DNA of 64,000 nucleotides from a virus (Duplodnaviria; Heunggongvirae; Uroviricota; Caudoviricetes): IMG/VR virus record IMGVR_UViG_2713896909_000009, positions 1 to 64,000 of that record; one strand, 5' to 3'. Shown piece by piece: positions 54,235 to 64,000 of this stretch (position 1 is its first letter; each line of letters starts with the position of its first letter). The notes under the pieces were generated by a model. It saw only the letters and a program-made list of their open reading frames with translations, ran no database searches and was not told where the DNA came from. The position numbers and the translations under genes were made by a program.

Positions 54235-54583
54235 GTTGTAACCCTTGAATATCAACCACAGAAAGCTCGTCTTTGTAGAAAAAGGCCAAGTTGTGGCCCC
54301 CCCTCGTTTGAGCGTATGAGCTGGGACCAATTTCGTTCTTCCAGACAAATGGCTTCAAATCCGTACGGCGAAGCATAAAAACGCGATTTGTTCCGCTCTG
54401 ATTCCCAATGAGGCAAAAGCCTTCTTTCACCTTGATAGCCTGCAAGTTGTCGAGTTCACCGCTGGTTACACGGCTATCGAACTCCTTGCGGCTTATTAGC
54501 TCCATCTGCATCTGACGACTCCAAACAAATGCCCATTGAAGGGCGATGGCTGAATGGTACCGAAAACACGACATAAAAAACAA
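54227..54583 (-). CDS. hypothetical protein upstream of rdgC
   Basis: 118-aa ORF, first gene after the operator. Confidence 0.35.
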
Positions 54584-54599
54584 TATTTATTAGTGCAAT
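54583..54599. promoter_or_regulatory. C1 operator in front of the rdgC-dmt operon
   Basis: 'atatttattagtgcaat' (reverse complement ATTGCACTAATAAATAT). Confidence 0.6.
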
Positions 54600-54680
54600 T
54601 TTGTAGTAAGTAAACGCCATACAGACCACAAATAACCTAAGTTAAAATAACGAAAATCAGAGCAAATCATTGGTGATGAC

Positions 54681-54965
54681 GTGGCAAGTATTGCAACAAA
54701 AGACAGCATTTGTTCGGGGCACGGAGGATTCCCATCCAGGCCTCCTGTAGAGAGTGAACCACTACTTAAAGTCAACGGAGTCGAAGTGTTAGTTGATGGT
54801 AAGCAATATGCACAGCATACCGATGGAAACAGTACGCACGGTGGGCAAGCTATATCAACCAGGGCATGGTTTACCGTCAATGGTAAAGGGGTCGTATGCG
54901 TTGGTGACCCTGTTTCATGCGGTTCTACCGTAGCGTCAGGAGACGGCCTAGTTCAGGTAAGTTAG
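54681..54965 (+). CDS. PAAR-like spike-tip protein
   Basis: 94 aa; 'ICSGHGGFP...VNGKGVVCVGDPVSCGSTVASGDGLVQV'. Confidence 0.4.
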   Translation: MASIATKDSICSGHGGFPSRPPVESEPLLKVNGVEVLVDGKQYAQHTDGNSTHGGQAISTRAWFTVNGKGVVCVGDPVSCGSTVASGDGLVQVS

Positions 54966-54973
54966 GAGATATC

Positions 54974-55762
54974 ATGCTGGAAAAAGACTACCAGTTATCC
55001 GCATATAAAAAATTGGCCGCAGCCGGTGGGATGAAAACACCTGGCGCCATAACATCGGCACGAAACAGTGCTAACACGGCAAAACAGCTTGCAGAAGAAT
55101 TGATCGGATTAATTTTGGATACAATTGTCTATCCCGACACTATTACCAGCTATGTTTCAACGATCAGAACAACCACAACCGGCTTAACGAACATTGGAGA
55201 ACTGGCAACTAAGCACGCGGACCTGTTGGCTGGTTATGCAGATCTGTCAATGCTGCTTCAACTCAATATTGGTTGGGATGTTTACTGCCGTGCTAATGAG
55301 CGAGAAGTATCAGAACTGCCGATCTCTATTGCCATTGGTGATGTGACTATTACTAAATCGCTTGAGGACGCTGTAAACGCGCTTAATACATCAAGTTTAG
55401 TCACTGCTATGGGGGAGATTAACCAGACCCTTAACACTGGCTCAGGAAGCTCGTCAGGCTCTGGTTCAGGCGGCGGCACTGCCACTCCCCCACCAGCACT
55501 AACAGAAGAGCAAATTGAATCTCTGAAAGTAGCAACTGAACAGTTTGGGGTTGTTTTCAACCAGACAACAGCGCCCACAACTGCGTTACAACAGCAGTAT
55601 GAACGAGCGAATGAAAGCGCCAACGTAGCCATAACTGCTTATAACCATGCTATCGGTACCGCGCTTGCGGAAGCATCAGCAAATAAGGCCAGCACAGCCA
55701 GCGCAGTCGCCGCTTTGGTTCCTGATTCTGTTCTTGATGAATTAAACAAAGCGGCACGGTAA
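54974..55762 (+). CDS. hypothetical protein
   Basis: internal Met of ORF 54917..55762; Gly/Ser-rich linker. Confidence 0.35.
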   Translation: MLEKDYQLSAYKKLAAAGGMKTPGAITSARNSANTAKQLAEELIGLILDTIVYPDTITSYVSTIRTTTTGLTNIGELATKHADLLAGYADLSMLLQLNIGWDVYCRANEREVSELPISIAIGDVTITKSLEDAVNALNTSSLVTAMGEINQTLNTGSGSSSGSGSGGGTATPPPALTEEQIESLKVATEQFGVVFNQTTAPTTALQQQYERANESANVAITAYNHAIGTALAEASANKASTASAVAALVPDSVLDELNKAAR

Positions 55763-55801
55763 CAAAGGACTTCATTGATAATTTTTCTTCAGGAGGAAGA
55801 C

Positions 55802-56224
55802 ATGTCATTCTTTTCTACGTTAAAAACAGCTTTGTCTTTGAAGGAGAAACTTGCTGCTACTGGTGTTCTTGTTCTGATTTGCGCACTTGTTGGTGCTGGG
55901 TTTGCATGGGAACGTCATCAGCTAAAGCAAGCCATGGAGAAAATTGGCAGTCTTGATCAGGCTGTTAAGGAACGTGATAAGTCAATAATGGATCTTAACC
56001 AGACCATTGAGACGATGAACAAAGCAGAGCAACATTTTCACAGCCAGGCAGTGAAAAATGAATCAGAACAAGCCAAGTATGCTGACAGGCAAATGGAACG
56101 AAAAGCTGAAGTTCAGAAACAACTTGTTGCGGCGGGTAATGTTCGCCAGCGCATTCCTGCTGACACTCAGCGGTTGCTCCGGGAGTCGATCAGCGAATTT
56201 AACGCCGACGCCGACAAAGATTAA
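55802..56224 (+). CDS. Rz-like inner-membrane spanin
   Basis: N-terminal TM 'ATGVLVLICALVGAGFAW' followed by coiled coil. Confidence 0.5.
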   Translation: MSFFSTLKTALSLKEKLAATGVLVLICALVGAGFAWERHQLKQAMEKIGSLDQAVKERDKSIMDLNQTIETMNKAEQHFHSQAVKNESEQAKYADRQMERKAEVQKQLVAAGNVRQRIPADTQRLLRESISEFNADADKD

Positions 56225-56390
56225 TCACCCTGCCCCCAAAAGTGCGTTTATGTGCAGGATGCCAGAGTTTAGCAGTGAATATTTTGATGATCTGCCAGCC
56301 TATATCCTCGATACAGAAACGATGTTGATGGGGATTAACAGGAAGAATCGCAACGTTAATGATTACAACCGCGCTATCAGCGGTAACTAA
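56139..56390 (+). CDS. Rz1-like outer-membrane lipoprotein spanin, starting inside the Rz-like gene in another frame
   Basis: 'MFASAFLLTLSGCSGS' lipobox signal; Pro-rich mature region. Confidence 0.5.
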   Translation: MFASAFLLTLSGCSGSRSANLTPTPTKINHPAPKSAFMCRMPEFSSEYFDDLPAYILDTETMLMGINRKNRNVNDYNRAISGN

Positions 56391-56401
56391 AAGGGATTTT
56401 T

Positions 56402-56794
56402 ATGTCTGATAAAGTAACAGTAAAGCAAACTATCAACAAAGCGACTTCAATCTACAAAATTGAGCACATCACAGTTGGCAAGCCAGGATCTGAACAATAC
56501 CGTCATGCTTTCGAGCTTGCCGATCAGCTTGGTTTAAAACACCCGGATTGCATCGAGCATGTATTTCCGACCTATGCTGATGAGCAATGTACTCATGTTC
56601 TTACCGAAGAGGATTTTTTCAGCACTGAAGAACGAGAAGGCGTTGATCGCTGCATTGGTGTGATTTGTTCTTCGGTAAGTGATGAGTTATTCCCTAATGT
56701 GCCTGAATATGGTGGTATTGGATACCAATTCCTGTACGGGGGCGATGAGCTTAAATGCTATGAACATGGTCTTCTCATCGAAAGCGTAGAATAA
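56402..56794 (+). CDS. hypothetical protein
   Basis: 130-aa ORF. Confidence 0.35.
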   Translation: MSDKVTVKQTINKATSIYKIEHITVGKPGSEQYRHAFELADQLGLKHPDCIEHVFPTYADEQCTHVLTEEDFFSTEEREGVDRCIGVICSSVSDELFPNVPEYGGIGYQFLYGGDELKCYEHGLLIESVE

Positions 56795-56819
56795 TACAGC
56801 TTCCTTCCAACCGGCTTTG

Positions 56820-57060
56820 TTGGCCGGTTTATTCAACTTATCCACAGCATAGATCCAATAAACAGATCCAAAAGAGAACCCTAGAAGATCCAAATAAGAT
56901 CCCGGATCGCTGCAGGCCGCGCCATGTCTGGCCTGAAACGTGATCAACATTGACTATATGCGATTTTATGTTGACTGTACACGATTTATTGTTGACTACA
57001 CGCGATTTTATGTTGACTATACGCGATATAAACATTGACTGTACGCGATTTTAAAGCCTG
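56820..57060. other. oriR: plasmid replication origin: DnaA box, GATC-containing repeats and five iterons
   Basis: 'ttatccaca' DnaA box; repeated 'agatcca'; five direct repeats with core 'TTGACT(A/G)TAC(A/G)CGAT' at about 21-bp spacing. Confidence 0.7.
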
Positions 57061-57129
57061 AATATTCACAGCTGTTGATAACAGCCATCCAAATTGACGT
57101 CAGGTCGCGCCACACATGGAGAAACTACG

Positions 57130-58014
57130 ATGCCGGAAGAAAGTAAAGGCTTCCTTAGCGTTGAAGAAGTTGCAGGAAATACAGGAGAAATCCACAGCCT
57201 GAAGCCCAATAACAACAGCACTATACAACCCATTGCTTTGTTGCGTTTAGGTGTGTTTGTGCCAACCTTAAAATCTACCAATGTGGCGCTACGTCGCGGA
57301 TCGTCAGTTACAACAAACACAACGAACGCAACCGAAGAACTATCAAGCCTCAAAATTGTTGAGCAGGAAGGCTATGAGGGAATTGAAATTCATGGTCCAC
57401 GCTTGGATATGGATACTGATTTTAAGGTGTGGGTGGGCATAACCTCCGCGTTGTTTGACTACGCACCTGATGATGACGGTATAATCACCCTGCCATTCTC
57501 CGAGTTTGCCGATCGATGCGGCTATCCACGTAAGCGCCTTTCAAAGGCGTTCCGTAAAAGTATTGATGACTCTCTGACACGCATTCAGCAGACAGTTGTC
57601 AAATTCCGCTTCCCGGCGGCAAAAGGTCATCTCAATAACATTAACGTCAACTTGTTGGCATATAGCAGCCTGAATACCGAGCTTGATGTTATCGAGATCC
57701 AGCCGCAGAAACAGCTATCTGAACTTTACTATGTTGACTATAAGCGAATCCTGAAGCTGAAGATGCTGGATAAGCTCGGGCGCAAAGAGACGGCCAAGGT
57801 ACTGTATACATTCTTTGAGGCTCTACCCGCCAACCCGGCACCTGTCAGCATTGAGCGCCTTAGAGCAAGGCTTAATCTCAAATCATCCGTTAGCGTGCAA
57901 AATAGCGTTATCAGAAAAGCCATGAAAGATTTGGAAGCTATTGAATATCTTAAATTTTCAGAGATAAAAAACGGCAGGAAAATCGGCTTCCAGATCCATA
58001 AGCGCAATCCATAA
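57130..58014 (+). CDS. repA: RepA iteron-binding replication initiator (P1 RepA family)
   Basis: 'IQPIALLRLGVFVP', 'HGPRLDMDTDFKVWVG'; internal Met of ORF 57094..58014; flanked by iterons. Confidence 0.8.
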   Translation: MPEESKGFLSVEEVAGNTGEIHSLKPNNNSTIQPIALLRLGVFVPTLKSTNVALRRGSSVTTNTTNATEELSSLKIVEQEGYEGIEIHGPRLDMDTDFKVWVGITSALFDYAPDDDGIITLPFSEFADRCGYPRKRLSKAFRKSIDDSLTRIQQTVVKFRFPAAKGHLNNINVNLLAYSSLNTELDVIEIQPQKQLSELYYVDYKRILKLKMLDKLGRKETAKVLYTFFEALPANPAPVSIERLRARLNLKSSVSVQNSVIRKAMKDLEAIEYLKFSEIKNGRKIGFQIHKRNP

Positions 58015-58300
58015 TATTGACTATATGCGATAGCGAGAAGTTGACTATAGACGACATTCGTTGACGCTGGTGGATTTTTGCTGGCGTCAATATTCTGCAA
58101 GTCGCTATTGAGATGGCTTTTAGGGTCATTTCATCGCGTATAGTCAACGTTTCTCCCGACAATATCTTACATAGTCGATCTTTGGTGGAGTTAAATCGAT
58201 TACAGTCAACTTTTGACTGTAGTCACATCGCGCATAGTCAACTATTCACATTAACCTTCGCGCATAGTCAACATTTGCGCGGTTCTCATCAAGCAGTGGT
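58015..58300. repeat. incA: incA-like iteron array downstream of repA
   Basis: copies of 'TTGACTATA(T/G)(G/A)CGA' and inverted 'CGCG(T/C)ATAGTCAAC' in both orientations. Confidence 0.6.
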
Positions 58301-58306
58301 ATTGAT

Positions 58307-59116
58307 ATGCAAGAAGAGAAACAACACTACCTCTACGTTCTGGTGCCGGAGAACGGAGATACTTTTAAAATCGGCATTTCATGTGGTCCATTGGCACGGT
58401 TTAAAGGGCTACAAGTGAGTCCCGATTTTGCGCTTTCACGGGTCTATCGTGGTACGCGTTTGGCAATGGTTAATCTTGAGCGGGCTTTACACGCAACCTT
58501 TTTCCCCTGGAATGCGCCGTGGGAGAAAAGCGCCGGTGGCGGGCATGCTGAATGGTTTACACGAGAGTGTCTTGATAAGGTTTTGGCTCATATCGAATAT
58601 CTAAATGATATGTGGGGAGTGATTCTCGAGCGCATTAAGTCGAATGATTTACTTCAGCGTCCAGTAGATGCTGCTCGCTCTTTCGAAAAAGAACTGGATG
58701 TTACTTCTATCGTGACTTTCAAAGATGACGCAGGAATGAGGGACGTGGCTTATGTCTCCATATCTGGCTATGACCCGGACGCGATCCGCGCTCAATGTGA
58801 ATTGCTGAAAGCAATGTTTATGCTTCGGACTAAATATCCCTGGGAGACAGGGCGGGTGTGCTTCCCTATGGAAGAGTTAACCGCCACCATTGATTCCCAG
58901 CTTTACCACGATAATCCAGAGAAGTTTTTTAGCCTTTTAACCGGTAATGGGCTTAACTGTGTGTCCGGGCTGGGGCGAAGTAGAATCCAACATGCCTCGC
59001 TCTTCGGTCCCTTCTTTTACGATCGACACGGGTACTTTGAGGCTGAACTTCCGGCGCTTACGCGTGCTATAGATACTATCGATTTCGAACGATTATTCGC
59101 TGCTCTTAGCAAATAA
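58307..59116 (+). CDS. GIY-YIG/T5orf172-like domain protein
   Basis: 269 aa; N-terminal 'YLYVLVPENGDTFKIGIS'. Confidence 0.45.
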   Translation: MQEEKQHYLYVLVPENGDTFKIGISCGPLARFKGLQVSPDFALSRVYRGTRLAMVNLERALHATFFPWNAPWEKSAGGGHAEWFTRECLDKVLAHIEYLNDMWGVILERIKSNDLLQRPVDAARSFEKELDVTSIVTFKDDAGMRDVAYVSISGYDPDAIRAQCELLKAMFMLRTKYPWETGRVCFPMEELTATIDSQLYHDNPEKFFSLLTGNGLNCVSGLGRSRIQHASLFGPFFYDRHGYFEAELPALTRAIDTIDFERLFAALSK

Positions 59117-59284
59117 CACTGATGCCCCTGAACGGGGCTTTTTTGTGCCCTCCTTGCAACGCTCAATCGTGCAAAATGAACTAAACATGCAGAGAATACT
59201 ATGTACAAGCATCTACGCATACATTATTATTTTATGTAGCATTTTTAATTAAATTCAAAAATACAGCATAAAGGATGACTTTCG

Positions 59285-60481
59285 ATGAGTGATTCCAGCC
59301 AGCTTCACAAGGTTGCTCAAAGAGCAAACAGAATGCTCAATGTTCTGACTGAACAAGTACAGTTGCAAAAGGATGAGCTACACGCGAACGAGTTTTACCA
59401 GGTCTATGCGAAAGCGGCACTGGCAAAATTGCCTCTACTGACTCGAGCGAACGTTGACTATGCCGTAAGTGAAATGGAAGAAAAGGGTTATGTTTTCGAT
59501 AAACGCCCTGCTGGCTCTTCAATGAAATATGCGATGTCAATTCAGAACATCATTGACATATATGAACATCGCGGAGTGCCAAAATACCGGGATCGCTACA
59601 GCGAAGCGTATGTGATTTTCATCTCCAATCTTAAAGGCGGTGTGTCAAAAACTGTATCGACGGTTTCTCTGGCGCATGCAATGCGTGCTCACCCTCATCT
59701 TCTGATGGAAGATTTAAGGATTCTGGTTATTGACCTTGATCCGCAATCTTCAGCAACGATGTTTTTAAGCCATAAACACTCTATTGGTATCGTAAACGCA
59801 ACATCTGCACAGGCTATGTTGCAGAATGTAAGCCGTGAAGAGCTGTTAGAGGAGTTTATTGTTCCTTCTGTTGTACCTGGGGTTGACGTTATGCCTGCGT
59901 CGATTGACGATGCCTTTATTGCATCCGATTGGAGAGAGCTATGCAATGAGCATCTACCGGGTCAGAACATCCATGCAGTCCTGAAAGAAAATGTGATTGA
60001 TAAGCTCAAGAGCGATTATGACTTTATCCTTGTTGATAGTGGTCCTCACCTTGACGCCTTCCTGAAAAATGCTTTGGCCTCGGCCAATATACTGTTTACA
60101 CCTCTGCCACCAGCAACGGTCGATTTCCACTCATCGCTTAAATACGTTGCCCGCCTTCCTGAGTTGGTGAAACTCATTTCGGATGAAGGCTGCGAGTGCC
60201 AGCTTGCGACTAACATTGGTTTTATGTCCAAGTTGAGTAACAAGGCAGACCATAAGTATTGCCATAGCCTGGCGAAAGAAGTTTTCGGTGGGGATATGCT
60301 CGATGTCGTCCTCCCTCGCCTTGATGGTTTCGAACGCTGCGGTGAGTCCTTTGACACTGTTATTTCTGCTAATCCGGCAACGTATGTTGGTAGTGCTGAC
60401 GCACTGAAGAACGCGCGCATCGCCGCTGAAGATTTTGCAAAAGCAGTTTTTGACCGTATTGAATTTATCAGATCTAACTAA
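59285..60481 (+). CDS. parA: ParA partition ATPase
   Basis: 398 aa; deviant Walker A 'NLKGGVSKT'; N-terminal HTH extension. Confidence 0.92.
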   Translation: MSDSSQLHKVAQRANRMLNVLTEQVQLQKDELHANEFYQVYAKAALAKLPLLTRANVDYAVSEMEEKGYVFDKRPAGSSMKYAMSIQNIIDIYEHRGVPKYRDRYSEAYVIFISNLKGGVSKTVSTVSLAHAMRAHPHLLMEDLRILVIDLDPQSSATMFLSHKHSIGIVNATSAQAMLQNVSREELLEEFIVPSVVPGVDVMPASIDDAFIASDWRELCNEHLPGQNIHAVLKENVIDKLKSDYDFILVDSGPHLDAFLKNALASANILFTPLPPATVDFHSSLKYVARLPELVKLISDEGCECQLATNIGFMSKLSNKADHKYCHSLAKEVFGGDMLDVVLPRLDGFERCGESFDTVISANPATYVGSADALKNARIAAEDFAKAVFDRIEFIRSN

Positions 60482-60497
60482 GGAGTAAGAAAACGCC

Positions 60498-61499
60498 ATG
60501 TCAAAGAAAAACAGACCAACAATTGGGCGAACCCTTAATCCTTCAGTATTAAGCGCATTTGATAGTTCCTCTACCTCTGGTGATCGGGTTGAGCAGGTAT
60601 TCAAGCTATCAACAGGTCTCCAGGCCACATTCATTGAGGAGGTAATCCCTCCGAACCGGGTAGAAGGTGATACCTTTGTTGATCAGCATAACAACGGACG
60701 TGATCAGGCAGCTCTTACACCAAAATCATTAAAAAGCATCAGAAGCACCATTAAGCATCAGCAATTTTATCCAGCAATAGGTGTTAGACGGGCTACAGGA
60801 AAAATTGAAATTTTGGATGGTTCCCGGCGTCGAGCTTCGGCCATCTTAGAGCACGTTGGATTGCGGGTTTTAGTCACGGATCAGGATATCAGCGTTCAGG
60901 AAGCGCAAAATTTAGCGAAAGACCTTCAGACAGCATTGCAGCATAGCATTCGAGAAATAGGTCTGCGTTTGATGCGAATGAAAAATGATGGAATGAGTCA
61001 GAAGGATATTGCCGCTAAAGAAGGTCTATCTCAGGCGAAGGTCACGCGTGCTCTTCAGGCTGCGAGCGCTCCGGAAGAATTAGTCGCTCTTTTCCCTGTG
61101 CAGTCGGAATTAACCTTTTCGGACTACAAAACGCTTTGCGCTGTTGGCGATGAAATGGGGAATAAGGATTTAGAGTTTGATCAGCTTATTCAAAACATAT
61201 CCCAGGAAATAAACGACATCTTATCCATTGAAGAAATGGCCGAAGATGAAGTGAAAAATAAAATCCTTCGCCTGATAACAAAGGAAGCCTCGTTACTCAC
61301 GGATAAAGGCTCTAAAGATAAGTCTGTAGTTACTGAATTATGGAAATTTGAGGATAAAGATCGTTTCGCAAGGAAGCGTGTGAAAGGCCGTACCTTTTCC
61401 TATGAGTTTAATCGTCTCTCCAAAGAGTTACAGGAAGAACTTGACAGGATGATTGGGCATATCCTTAGAAAGAGCCTCGATAAAAAGCCGAAGCCTTAA
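60498..61499 (+). CDS. parB: ParB centromere-binding protein
   Basis: 333 aa; immediately downstream of parA. Confidence 0.92.
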   Translation: MSKKNRPTIGRTLNPSVLSAFDSSSTSGDRVEQVFKLSTGLQATFIEEVIPPNRVEGDTFVDQHNNGRDQAALTPKSLKSIRSTIKHQQFYPAIGVRRATGKIEILDGSRRRASAILEHVGLRVLVTDQDISVQEAQNLAKDLQTALQHSIREIGLRLMRMKNDGMSQKDIAAKEGLSQAKVTRALQAASAPEELVALFPVQSELTFSDYKTLCAVGDEMGNKDLEFDQLIQNISQEINDILSIEEMAEDEVKNKILRLITKEASLLTDKGSKDKSVVTELWKFEDKDRFARKRVKGRTFSYEFNRLSKELQEELDRMIGHILRKSLDKKPKP

Positions 61500-61503
61500 A
61501 CTT

Positions 61504-61595
61504 TCGCCATTGAAATTTCATTTGTAACCATCTGTTTTTAAAGTAAATTCATCTAAAATTTCAAGGTGAAATCGCCACGATTTCACCTTGGATTT
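61504..61595. other. parS: parS centromere
   Basis: 'tcgcca' box B, 'aatttca' box A, AT-rich IHF-like spacer, then 'gtgaaat cgccac gatttcac'. Confidence 0.7.
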
Positions 61596-61703
61596 TACCC
61601 TCCTCCCCTATCCCTACAAAAAATAAAAAAATTACTTTTCGCGAGAAAGTCAACAAGTGACTTTTAATAAAATCTCTTCCGAAAAGGGATTCACACAAGT
61701 GCC

Positions 61704-63431
61704 TTGTGTTTAAGGAAGAGTAACTTGAGTAACTTACGCGAATACCAGAATCGTATTGCAGATATCGCAAAACGCTCTAAATCCGTTCTTGGCTGGACAA
61801 GCACTGCGCAGTTCGGCACCGATAATCAATTCATTAAAGATGATACCGCGCGTGCCGCATCTATCCTTGAGGCTGCTCGTAAAGACCCAATTTTTGCGGG
61901 TATCTCTGATAATGCCATCGCTCAAATCGCTACAGCGTGGGCAAGCGCACTGGCTGACTACGCTACAACACATAAATCTATGCCGCGTCCGGAAATTCTG
62001 GCCTCCTGCCACCAGACGCTGGAAAACTGCCTGATTGAGTCCACCCGCAATAGCATGGATGCCACCAATAAAGCGATGTTGGAATCCGTCGCGGCAGAGA
62101 TGATGAGTGTTTCTGACGGTGTTATGCGTCTGCCTTTATTCCTGGCGATGATCCTGCCTGTTCAGTTGGGGGCAGCTACCGCTGATGCGTGCACCTTCAT
62201 TCCGGTTACGCGTGACCAGTCCGATATCTACGAAGTCTTTAACGTGGCGGGTTCCTCTTTTGGTTCTTATGCTGCTGGTGATGTTCTGGACATGCAATCC
62301 GTTGGTGTGTATAGCCAGCTGCGCCGCCGCTATGTACTGGTTGCAAGTTCCGACGGTACCAGCAAAACAGCGACCTTCAAGATGGAAGACTTCGAGGGCC
62401 AGAATGTTCCGATCCGCAAAGGCCGTACAAATATCTATGTTAACCGTATTAAGTCTGTTGTTGATAACGGCTCCGGCTCATTGCTTCACTCGTTTACTAA
62501 TGCTGCTGGTGAGCAAATCACTGTTACCTGCTCTCTGAACTACAACATTGGTCAGATTGCCCTGTCGTTCTCCAAAGCGCCGGATAAAGGCACCGAGATC
62601 GCAATTGAGACGGAAATCAATATTGAAGCCGCTCCTGAGCTGATCCCGCTGATTAACCACGAAATGAAGAAATACACCCTGTTCCCCAGCCAGTTCGTTA
62701 TTGCAGCTGAGCACACGGTACAGGCGGCGTATGAAGCACAGCGTGAATTTGGTCTTGACCTCGGTTCTCTACAGTTCCGCACTCTGAAGGAATACCTGTC
62801 TCATGAACAGGATATGTTGCGTCTTCGCATCATGATCTGGCGTACTCTTGCGACAGACACATTTGACATCGCTCTACCGGTTAACCAGTCCTTTGATGTA
62901 TGGGCAACCATCATTCGTGGCAAATTCCAGACTGTATATCGCGATATTATTGAGCGCGTTAAATCTTCTGGTGCGATGGGGATGTTTGCTGGTGCTGATG
63001 CAGCATCTTTCTTCAAACAGTTGCCGAAGGATTTCTTCCAGCCAGCAGAAGACTATATTCAGACTCCGTATGTTCACTACATCGGTACCCTGTTCGGTAA
63101 CGTGAAAGTGTACGAAGTACCTGCTGGTATTTGTAAGAACTTAACGACAGAGAACATTCAGTTTAGCTCGATGGATGTGCTGTGCTACGTCCGTGATGAA
63201 AACCCGGGCAAAGCAGGCTTTGTGACTGGTGATGCTGTCCCAGCTATCCCGTTCCAGCATCCGACTACTCCGGCGCTGGTCAACCGAACCACTCTGTGGG
63301 GTTCAGCTATCAACGATATGCACCCACGCAACGGCGCTGATTACTTCACCCGTGTAACTCTGACTATGGCCAAAAAAGGCGGGCTTAACTTCATAAGCGG
63401 CGACACGATTGATGCCGGTGACTCTGAGTAA
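61704..63431 (+). CDS. hypothetical protein (possibly a virion structural protein)
   Basis: 575-aa ORF downstream of parS; true start uncertain. Confidence 0.3.
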   Translation: MCLRKSNLSNLREYQNRIADIAKRSKSVLGWTSTAQFGTDNQFIKDDTARAASILEAARKDPIFAGISDNAIAQIATAWASALADYATTHKSMPRPEILASCHQTLENCLIESTRNSMDATNKAMLESVAAEMMSVSDGVMRLPLFLAMILPVQLGAATADACTFIPVTRDQSDIYEVFNVAGSSFGSYAAGDVLDMQSVGVYSQLRRRYVLVASSDGTSKTATFKMEDFEGQNVPIRKGRTNIYVNRIKSVVDNGSGSLLHSFTNAAGEQITVTCSLNYNIGQIALSFSKAPDKGTEIAIETEINIEAAPELIPLINHEMKKYTLFPSQFVIAAEHTVQAAYEAQREFGLDLGSLQFRTLKEYLSHEQDMLRLRIMIWRTLATDTFDIALPVNQSFDVWATIIRGKFQTVYRDIIERVKSSGAMGMFAGADAASFFKQLPKDFFQPAEDYIQTPYVHYIGTLFGNVKVYEVPAGICKNLTTENIQFSSMDVLCYVRDENPGKAGFVTGDAVPAIPFQHPTTPALVNRTTLWGSAINDMHPRNGADYFTRVTLTMAKKGGLNFISGDTIDAGDSE

Positions 63432-63490
63432 TCAGGGGAAGTTCTCCGTTTAACATAGCGCCCCCGCGCGGGGCGCATAACAGGGAAAGT

Positions 63491-64000
63491 TATGTCTCAA
63501 TATTCAATTCAACAGTCATTAGGTAATGCATCCGGCGTCGCGGTTAGTCCGATTAATGCTGATGCAACGTTATCTACCGGTGCTACATTGAATAGCAGCT
63601 TGTGGGCTGGTATTGGCGTATTTGCGCGTGGCAAGCCGTTTACTGTTCTTGCGGTTACTGAGTCCAATTACGAAGATGTTCTCGGCGAACCGCTGAAGCC
63701 GTCTTCCGGCTCACAGTTCGAACCAATTCGCCATGTATACGAAGCTATTCAGCAAACGTCTGGTTATGTTGTCCGTGCTGTTCCGGATGATGCGAAGTTC
63801 CCGATTATTATGTTCGATGAATCAGGCGAACCGGCTTACAGTGCGTTGCCATACGGTTCTGAAATTGAACTTGATAGCGGCGAAGCCTTTGCTATCTACG
63901 TTGATGATGGTGATCCGTGTATTTCACCTACCCGTGAGTTAACCATCGAAACGGCAACAGCGGACAGCGCAGGTAATGAACGCTTCCTCCTGAAACTGAC
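63491..64000 (+). CDS. hypothetical protein, truncated by the window end
   Basis: ATG at 63491 with SD 'agggaaag'; ORF runs to the end of the window. Confidence 0.3.

Noticed and set aside
56940-58300. Direct repeats around repA as a possible CRISPR array
   Set aside because: Repeats are about 19-21 bp with about 2-bp gaps, occur in both orientations flanking a RepA gene and carry a DnaA box and GATC sites; these are iterons, not CRISPR repeats, and no cas genes are present.

Overview
This window reads as a 64-kb stretch of a bacteriophage P1-family phage-plasmid, oriented opposite to the conventional P1 map. Anchors seen directly in the sequence are a perfect 34-bp loxP site (about 20421-20454) next to Cre, the C1 repressor with Coi, PacA/PacB with the hexanucleotide pac site, Phd/Doc, DarB (2255 aa), Ssb, a SAR endolysin, Ban, a Dcm/Dam-type Dmt methyltransferase, an RdgC homolog, tRNA genes, and a RepA/iteron replicon with ParA/ParB/parS. 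About 15 copies of the C1 operator 17-mer (ATTGCTCTAATAAATTT-like) mark the early operons. Several things look unusual for P1 as I remember it (this needs checking against the P1 reference AF234172): (1) a 341-aa LAGLIDADG intein inside the catalytic PCQ motif of Dmt; (2) an AT-rich island carrying a 1211-aa intimin/invasin-type adhesin between phd and the downstream backbone genes; (3) three paralogous cassettes of operator, leader, small ORF and antirepressor-like gene; (4) a short AT-rich module (lipoprotein plus a 222-aa protein) where P1 carries res/mod, with no ref, mat, res, mod or IS1 recognisable; (5) a tRNA region with a 133-nt tRNA-like element and a family of inverted-repeat stem-loops. 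CDS coordinates follow the ORF track and include the stop codon. Coordinates of non-ORF features come from manual reading and are approximate (about +/-3 nt). All homology calls are from motif recognition by eye; no database search was run.
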